Assembly (NCBI GenBank): GCA_012295275.1
Contig: CM022679.1
Span: 5,890,001 to 5,954,000, forward strand
Direction: 5' to 3'
Length of the DNA stretch: 64,000 nt
From: Chrysomallon squamiferum
Lineage: Eukaryota > Animalia > Mollusca
Under the pieces are notes generated by a model that made no database searches, was not told where the DNA came from, and saw nothing but the letters and a program-made list of their open reading frames with translations. Positions 54,001 through 64,000 of this stretch are shown piece after piece. A program made the translations under genes and the position numbers. Positions within the stretch are counted from its first letter, which is position 1. Each line of letters begins with the position of its first letter.

Positions 54001-55391
54001 CTAATCATATCTCCAGCTCCACGTCAGTCAAACAATCCAATATGTAATATTTGCAACAAATATAGCATGTATAAAAATCTAAATTTACACTTGAAGACCA
54101 AACCAAACCCTGGCTTAGATTCATAAGCAAATCACACATTTGTATATGGCATTTGACATATTTTTCCTGTCTTTCATAAAACTGTCCAAAAACTGCTAAA
54201 ATTTATTTTCATTATTTCAGTTCATTTTCATATTATTTGTTCTAAATGCATTTCTTATGCTCATAATGATTTGATAATAACAATAACAAAAGAACATTAT
54301 TATTATTATTATTTCAATTAGAAATCACTAATGTCTTGTGAGTGTTCATATTAACAGAAATCAAATTATTTTAAACATTGATAAAACCACTGGTAATATA
54401 CTTAACATATAAAAAAGTATTATGATACTATAATACTTATTATAAAAAATGAAATGAATTGTTTCTGTCATATTTGGCATGATGTATCTATACATTTATA
54501 TATCTTTGTTGTATTTTGCTGCACGTCATGGTGTTCTCCCTGTTTTCTCACCTGCTCATAAAGCCTATTTGGTGTCTGGCATTCCTGTACCTGCTGTCTC
54601 AACTACTGTTGTCTATTGACCAGAACACTGGAAAGCCATATGAATAAGCATGAACTGACTTCAGAAATGCATATTTCAAATTGTTTCAAATGGTTTCTAT
54701 TTTTTTAATTATTATTCAGAAAAATTCTAAAGAATATGATTAAGTAAACCAACTAAGTTATTTCAAGAAAATACTTTTAACCATGAGACACAGTCAGAGA
54801 AGACATAAATTATGTACTATAATGGTGATGATAGGATGTTCTTAGTTTTCTTGTTCTTATTCAGAGTCCCTGTGTTTTAGTATTTTTTTATTTTTTTATT
54901 ATTTTTTTTTTATTTATTATATTACACACACACACGAAATTGTGTCTATTATTATCCCATCTATTTTTTTAAAAATTTTAATTCATTAATTTCTAAAACT
55001 AACCTGTAACTCTTGACAACAAAGATTAGGCTTGAATAATTTTCAAGATACCCAGGAAAATATGTCTATAGCTGATTATCCAGAACTAAATAGTTAAATA
55101 CTAAATGAAGTTAATGTCAGTAATGAAATGCACATTTGTTTTGCCTACTTACTGCCATCATCTATTGAGCTACCTTGGTTATAATTATAACACACTGTGT
55201 ATATATTAAAAAGTTTTGCAAATCAAAACTGATAAATCAGTGTCAAAATAATATTAGATACCAAAAACAATTATTACAGTACACACCAGAAACATTATTA
55301 AATCAAAATACAAGTAACTGAAGTTTTTACATTCCAAGTACAGCAGAAGTGATGAAAAGAATACACTAGATATGCTTCCATTTTGTATTGA

Positions 55392-55431
<40 letters not shown>

Positions 55432-58400
55432 TATAAACTGCATATGGTAGACACTAATATTATGCTATTTTTTTTATTTCGTGCATGGATAAAAATAAGT
55501 TGCAAGATTTGAAGGGTTATTATTTATTTATTTATTATTTTCTGTTTCTGAAGATAAAAATTAAAAAATATATTAGGGAATACATTTGTAATGATTTTAC
55601 TCCACTATTATTAATTTTGTATCATTATTATTATTAGTCTAATAACAATCTTAGTAACTGTATTATTAATAAGTCATCAAATATATTTGACTGTTTAAAG
55701 GAGAAAAAAACATTATCTCTGAAAACACTTGTGCATAATGGTGAATAATAACAGTACAAAACCACTTCTTCACCCATGTTAACTGAGCTATACTTTTAAT
55801 ATTATACTTCACTAATATTATCACTATTAGACTCAACATTCAAATAGGCTGCAGTTCAAAAGTAATTCACAAATAATACAGAAGCAACAGCAGAGGCAAG
55901 AAGCAACTATTTAATGTGTTTACAATTTAAAACATCTGGGTGAACCAGCCACAAGCAACTGGCTAACACTTGATGGTTATAAACAAAGATTTCTGATATC
56001 TACAAAGTTGATAAAATAGACAAATTTGTACCAAACAAAATGAAAACAAATGTGGTTATTGTTCACATTTGAGAAGTTATGTTTCACTCAACACTTCAAC
56101 ATCAAATTAAGATAGAAGAGTCAGTGGGTTCAAATTCCTTGTTAACCTAGTTTGGTCTCATACACTCTAATCTCACTTTGGGTCTTATATTATGTGATAC
56201 AGTCATTACATATTTTGATTACCTATTTTATACAGTTACAAGTCTTCAACAGTAGTGATAAAAAACACCTTAATATCTACCATTCATTACTATTTTATTA
56301 CATTTCCAGTGATATTATCAATACTACAGTCAGCATTTTGATGGAATGTGTTTAAAAATTGAGGTAATAAAGTTATCTTCTGTAAAGAAAGCAGAAATAT
56401 TTTCAAAATCTCTGCAAAATAGAAATAACTGTTAGAAAGTAATTTTAATGAGTATATTAACAGAACTGAAGATATTTACCATTTACCTGTTAAGCACTTG
56501 TCAGTAAGGCCATAACTTTATCATCACATTTTGTGATGATACAAACTACTAAGATACCAGTCTGCCAAAACACAGAGATAACCATAGATCTATCTCAATT
56601 TTGTTTCCATTCATGTCTGACAGTTTTGTATCTTATATCAACCACATACTCTCTGTCTACTATTAGTTTGTGGTGTACCATTTCATCTTTACACACTGTG
56701 TCTTGTCCAGATTCAAGAACTCTGGTTAATGGTTTTCTAAAAGATGTAATACATATGTTTTAAGTTAATAAAAAATTTAAAAACAAAAAATTGGGCTGCT
56801 AAAATACAAGTGATAGCCTGATTTAAAAATTAGAATTAAAGAAAACAGTTGGTGAATTCTCCTTGTTAACATATATAAATTTGTTTTTATTAGTAGTATT
56901 ATCCATTAACAGCATAAGATAAACACACATAAATAGCCAGACACACACACAATGCACACACACACACACAAACACACACAAACACATACACAGAAACACT
57001 GACTATACCCACACCAACAAGCATGGACACACACCCACACACACACAAAGTATATGTAATATATTGATGCACTATATATGAAGTAGAAGCTTGAATGGGA
57101 ATAGTCTGGATGTACTGAGAAAAACCAGTCCTGTGACCTGTTATGACAAGTATTGGTAAACTGTGATATACAAGTATTTTTGTAAATCATAACAATTATT
57201 ACAATAATAATAATAACACCAAAAACAAAAATAACAACAAAAATTAATAAATCTATGAAATCTATTTTTATAACATGTAACCAACTTACAGCATACACAA
57301 TCTTTCTACAGACTTTTTCTGACATTAAATAATTGTATCTATCATCCATGTAATTATATATGACAGACTGTTGTTTGTCTTTGTTCACCATCTCATAGAC
57401 TGATTTAAGGAGAACACCATTAAGGAAAAAAACTTTTTTTTATCTATCCACAGCTTGTGATACATCTGTAGTTCAGTGATTACATGATCTGTTACATGAT
57501 AAGGAGAATTGTTGAGTCTACTGTAGAATAGGTAAGTTGTTGTTAAATATCTCCTTTCTCTTTTAGAAACCTGTCTGTGGTATCTTTTAGTGGAAACAGA
57601 AATGTTGTAAACCTGAAATGTAGTTTTCTTTATTGTATTAAAAGCAAAATAACTATGCTGGTATTAATAATAGTATGTTTGAATGTTGTTCTGTTAATAT
57701 CAATGTCAACAACAGTCCTAATAGAAAAACAAAGTTAATAATCATGTTATATTGGTTGTTAAGTAAAGAGTATCTTTTTTCTTATATAAATAAAGAGAAA
57801 ACATTAAACATCTTGAAACTGACACTGACATTTGACATAAAAGGATTTCCTTTTCTAGACAAATATATTCAGTTGGGAAAGAAATGAATTTCCAAAATAG
57901 TATCATTTTATCCAAGAATTTTTATTTTATTTTAAATATTACTATAGATTAATATGTAACTGAATAACTGTATGAAGCTTAGAACTTTTCTGAAGCTATT
58001 AAGATGTGTCTTATAAAAGTACATGACACAGCAGTGATAACATTATCTAATGGAACTACTATAGGTGTAGGTAAATTGAAACATCTGTTGCAAATAATTT
58101 ACTCTAAAAGATCTTTTTATTAATTTTTCTCTAATTCTATTTTTATCCTAAAAATATTTTAGAAGTGTTTTTCTTATGACAATAACATTTTTGTTTGTAT
58201 GTACTTTGATGATAATCAATGATATCTAGCCAGGGACCTATCTATTTTTTAAAAGAAATAAAGAAAAAAAAAAGAAGCAAAAAGGATCTGACAAATAGCA
58301 TCCATAAGAGTAAACTAATTTTTTTTCTGAATAACAAAGATTTTGATGATAAAAAAAAATATATACAGAGTAACGATAAGATGAATTAATCAACTGGTTT

Positions 58401-61400
58401 TGTTTCTTATTTTAAAAATGTGTGAAACATTTTTTTATATATTTAGTTCACATGCAGTGGATCCTTATGCTCCATTATTATCACTCAAACCTCACCTTTA
58501 TAGGAATACCTTACTTTGCTGTCTGTTTTAAGTATCCTATATATTTAACTGAATGATTATTTTCCAGCACACAGAATACATCAAACTGACAATGCATCCT
58601 TGTTTTACAAATGTTCCCCTTTTCTCGATGCTATCCATCACATTAGTACCTGTTGTACAGCATGTCATGTTAAATTCTTACTTTATTCTAGCTTTCACCA
58701 TAGATCATTGATGGAGCTTAAACATACATTTAAGAAATTAAATACTTGATGTACATAATATATGCCCACAAATGATTGCACTTAAAATATAAAGCATCTT
58801 TTTAATTAGTATATATTATATTATGTTTTTATAAATTATTATTTAACAAACAATGAAACACTTCAAAGGTAATTAGTTAATTGAATTTCATAATGTAATG
58901 GACTGACAGAAACAACATTTATAAAATGTAACAATAATGGAATATTAGAGAGAAATATAAATGAAATATATATCTTTGAAGTTCATCTTGAAAAGAATAA
59001 AAAGAATACAACAGAAAATGAAATGTGTTTTTTTATATATATATTTTTTTTTTTATTAAGGAAAAAAGGTTACAAAGTGCAGAATATAAAAATATTGAAT
59101 CTCTGAGATTATGTTTTGCTGCTGAAGCTCAAAATTAAATTATGAATGTTGTTTATAAAACACAGAAATGCCCTGGGACTGAGATGATAATCTGTTTTTC
59201 AAGTAACTAAGTGCATGTGAATCTAAGTACAAATAGAGAATACATGATTAATAAGAAATGTGATATTTCCATTTTGTTTTATTGAATAATAATAAAAGCA
59301 GAAAAGCTTCTATAATATACACTAATTGTTAAAATCTCAAATATGTAGTGACAAATAAGAAAATGATAAAACACAACTTAGAGTTACCACAATATTAATG
59401 GAATAAAATAAATAATTATTTTATGAAGTTATAGATAATTTGGCAAATTATGATAAGAAAATAAAGTAACATATAACAATTCTTTCACATATTCTTATGA
59501 TGAAACAACTTAATCAAAAACAGAATATGAAAACAATATTTTAAATTAATAATGACAAGAAATCTTGTTTTATATTTTTTTCAGAGTTAGAGAAAATAAT
59601 AAACTACTGGAATGGAAAAATAATTTATTTAACTACATATATATATATTATTTCTACTAGACTGATAAACATTTAAAATATAAAAAAATAAATAAAATTG
59701 GACATCCTGCAAAGAAAGATAAAATCAGTCATAGCAGTATCATATAACCAAAGCAGAAAGAAAAAACGTCTCTTTATTGTCTTAATCAGATTTATGAATC
59801 ATAAAGCATGACCATTAGAGGGAAGGAAAAGCCACATAATATAATAATTTGTCGAATCCTAACAGAGATAATTGACCTATAATGAGCTAACAAGTGACAC
59901 AACATACCATGATGCAACTGGTTCCCAGCAACTAGTCTCTAATAATGCAATCAACCTACAGATGTCATGTGAACTAATTCTACATTTACATTCACTCACT
60001 GATATATACTCTAAAACACCAAGTTTCCATTATTGTCCTGAAAGCCACATTTAACAATTTCTCAAAGAATTACAAAAGATTTACTGAAACAAATATTTGT
60101 TTATAGAACAATTACAGATTTATTTTTTCACTTATTAAAAATAAACAATTTAAAAATATATAAATAAAATAAGTACAGATACACAAAACTGAACTAGATT
60201 AAATTAATTAACCAAATTATAAATAGATTTTTTAATTTTTTGTTTTTTTAAAGTTGAAGAAAAAAAAAAAAAAAAAAAAAAATTATTGCATGGGTTTTTC
60301 TTTTCTTGTTTTTAAATAATTAAATTCTTATAAAGAGAAAGTTGTTAAATTGTCTTAAAAACTTTACTGCATGTAACTTATGCCTAGAAGGATAAATTAG
60401 CATTAGGTACAAAAATTAAAGATACAGTGTCTTGTATTTTAGTAACTGGGATATTTATAAACTTATTATTATTTATAATTATAGGACTATTAGGTACTAC
60501 AATAAAAAAATCAGTAAATGATGATATGAAAAAAGGCAACAACAAAAAATAAATAAATAATAGTAAACAAACTACCACCAGCTTTTAGAATACTTTTATT
60601 AAGTGACAGCAAATATACATTTTCACATGCAGCAGCAAAATATACCACTGGTTTTTGTCATGGGACACTGCTTGTAAAGACCCAGGTGTCACAACAAGAT
60701 GAACACATTACATCTTAGTCCTGGGCTATACAATTACTCTCCCATTTCAGTTAAACATGCATTAAATGTCTGTTCTACATCTGATGAAAATAAACTGAAA
60801 ACAATTAATATTGTTAAAAAAAATTAAATTATATTCATCGTATTTCTGTTATCAGTTCCAATTTAAATTTATAACCCAAATTCAGAAAAGCTTTTCTAAT
60901 GTTGTCACAAAAATGTTAAGAGATAAGCAAGTAACAAATATTTTTGAAGACATAGGTGCAAACATGTATTTATGTGTAAGTGTATATGTGTATGAATGTG
61001 TATTTTTTTGTGTGTGAATTAGTAAATATGGATACTCTGGATTCTTTAATGGTAGAAATTGTGAGGCGGGCATGATTTCTTTCAAAAGAACCACAAAATG
61101 TTTTGGCTGACAGTTTTATGACATGATATTCATCACAGTCCACTATCATGTATGGCATCTGGTACAATTAAATTAAAAGTTCATAACCAGATTTCAGAAA
61201 GCTATGAGCATAGATGAAATGAGCCAATAAAAATAATAAACTAAAACTTAAAAGCAGTCAGCTTTGCTTAAGCTAGCACAGACTAAAATAAATGTGATTA
61301 AAAAGCATTTAAATTTGTTTCAAAAATGATTATATTATAAATTATTTATTAATAGTCATCTGTAAACTGATATAAATAAATTTTGATAAAAAAACACAGA

Positions 61401-64000
61401 ATATGATTCTGATTTGGAAAAAACAAAATACTACTAACATATAAATTAGTCACATTGATGCTTGTATGCAAACATCTTTTTCAGAAACATGAAAAACTAT
61501 TTCAAATGCTTCTTTAATTCTTGTCTGAAGCAATTTGGCAAAAAACACAAAGTAAAACATATTTGCTTAGTTTACCTTTCAGATATCTATATAGATTTTC
61601 TTCTTACTAAACTAGTTCTCTGTGACTACAGCAAATAACGCTGTAAAACAGATGTTATGTTTTGTTTGAGAATGTAAAATGTGTATGTCAGTATATCTTC
61701 TTGGCAAAAAATGAATAATAGTGTGCACAATGTTACATAAACTTTATAACTAAATTAATACACAGAAAAAGTGAAATCCCTGAAAATATAATCACTGGGG
61801 GAGTTTTTTCAAGTCAATAAACAAACAGACACAAATATTTAAGAATGTGAAAAAATGCTGTAACCACATGATCACTTATCATTAAAGTAATCATATATAA
61901 ATGTGATAGTTAAGTCATGAATAATGGCTCGTGCAAAATTCTCCTAGTTTTCAACTGAAGATAATAAGTTTGCTTCCTGTTTTATGGCTGCTTTATTGGA
62001 TGTTATCAGCAGGACCTCTCCCCAAGCTTTAACCTTGTTAACCAACAACATAGCACCAAGGTAGCATGCTTGACTGAGCATTCAACCCCAGCACTATCAG
62101 GGAAATAAAAATTAATGATAAACTATTACAGCAGTTTTTTAAAAACTAATTGCTGAATATTAGAACAGTTTAGTAAAAATAATGCTATGGAAGAATTAAT
62201 TTATTAATTTATTTTATTACCTGAATCTTTGATGTCTTCATGCTGTACTAAACAACCATGCAATATTTTTAGCTTTTATATATATATATATATATATATG
62301 CAGAATAATTATCATTGCTCTTATAGTTTTATTACTTAACTAAAAAAAAGAAAAAAAGGATGAATATAAATGAAAATTTTAAAATACATTACTAACGTTG
62401 ATTTCTTAATTAGAGTTCCTAAATATCTTGTATGTTTTCCTGTTAACCAACCAATCCTTATTTTCATATGGCTTTCTGCCAATACTACAACAAAGTATAC
62501 CCTATGATGTATTTAGTAAAACCTGGTGCTACCAAGTACCTTAAAGTGTGAATACAAACTTCACAAATGCCCACAAAAGTGTTGATGGAATTTTTTCAAG
62601 TGTGATATAATTTAATTTATCATATTATCAAAGCCAAAGACTAATGACTTCCTTCTTAAAGGAAATAAAATAATTAGACTACCAGCAGCATATATAAAAA
62701 ATTAAAATAAATAAAAAATCAATTTAAAAATCAAAGGGAATCAATAAAATTAGTCAACTCTGCTTAATTTATCCAGTTTATTTAATGGAAAAACTGTAGG
62801 AATAACCACTGCACAGATTTTGAGCTGTTTTATAATTCATCATTTCTATGAAACATCAGTTTATTTTGTGATTTATACAAAATGAAAACAAGTTATAATA
62901 AGAAGAAAAAAGACAGAAAATGAGCGACTATTAACCCTTAAAAATGCAGAGAATTAATAAAATATAAATAAATAATTAATAATAGTTTCTGTAGTATTTG
63001 TAAAAATGTATGTCAGTTAATTCTTAAATGTTTATGGCACTGAGCTGTCTGTCAAAATAAGTATATTCCTCAAACTTTAATTTATACAAAATTTATTTTA
63101 AGTTAACTATTTTTAATTTTACTTTTGCTGACATTTTAAGTGTTCCCTTTGACTTAGTAGTCATTGTTACCTTCAAATACTTACCTAACATATAATTTTT
63201 TGTTTTCTTTGGTGCAGATTCATTGATATATAAATTAAACCTTAAAATACTAAGTACCTCATTTAGTTGAGTTTGAGGTGAGTAATGGAGGTTGTTTTTG
63301 AAAATTTGGCTGATCATTAGCTTGACTAGAAGCCATATCAACATGTTGATAGTTCATTAATGGTTTTCTACTCCTAACATATTTACACAGATGTGTATAA
63401 AGAGTATGTTCCAAGACTGGCAAACTGTATGATACCACACATCACTTAAAATAAGTAAGGGTAATTTCATTTTTGATTATTGATTCTGAGTTTACTTTAA
63501 CCTGCTGATCATAAATATTTCAATGTTTATTTCTGAATGAATAAAGCATTTCCTAAAACAAACATGAATTGGTTGATTGTTTAGATGGTATTAGTTGTTT
63601 TGCTTTTTCATTTTTTTTTTCAATTTTTTTTTTACATCTTGTTATTATTTTCAAAACATTTTGTTGCATCTCATCAAATAAGAATATGGGTTGCATCAAA
63701 TAAATAACAACCATCAATTTTTAAATCAACAATGTTTTATATAGACAGTAAAAAAACTGACCAGTAATTACTTATTATGAAAAAGTAATGCCAGGATTTT
63801 ACATTTTGACTAATTTTAAAAATAAAAATGTTTCATTAATATTTCAAATATCTTTGTATCAGTTGTATGTTATTTGCCACAATGATGTTCACTGCCTTTA
63901 TAGTCCTCGTTTTGCAGTTTGCAATTTTTAAAACCAGTTTTTCCAAATGATATATATTAGTTCCATAACCACACTTCAACTGTATTCCATTGTTTTGAAT

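Noticed and set aside
1-64000. Prokaryotic-type features (operons, CRISPR, rRNA, tRNA)
   Set aside because: None seen; the sequence is intron-dominated eukaryotic DNA

Overview
Very AT-rich, CpG-poor, microsatellite-rich eukaryotic genomic DNA, probably from an invertebrate (inference). Almost all ORFs in the supplied track are low-complexity artefacts. The window holds the 3' part of one minus-strand gene of about 30 short GT-AG exons (48054 down to 6084) encoding Gly-X-Y repeats with interruptions. It ends in the GLDAPCP[IL]GxDGLPxxxCG motif, which marks a MACIT transmembrane collagen (collagen XIII/XXIII/XXV, nematode COL-99 family). I did not find the TM/NC1 exon(s); they probably lie beyond 64000. 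The most interesting signal is a layered alternative-splicing system read from the sequence. (i) The C-terminal NC exon is tandemly duplicated (13527-13610 and 13121-13258), giving two alternative C-termini. (ii) Two paralogous 54-nt basic exons sit 73 nt apart. (iii) A candidate 204-nt in-frame non-collagenous cassette exon carries a furin site and is flanked by competing inverted repeats. (iv) Several long-range intronic complementarities have mismatches that become G-U wobbles on the transcribed strand. (v) UGCAUG (Rbfox) motifs cluster next to exons. The window also has two MITE-like elements, minisatellites, microsatellites and a degenerate tandem duplication at 1-3.9 kb. All splice models are predictions without RNA data.
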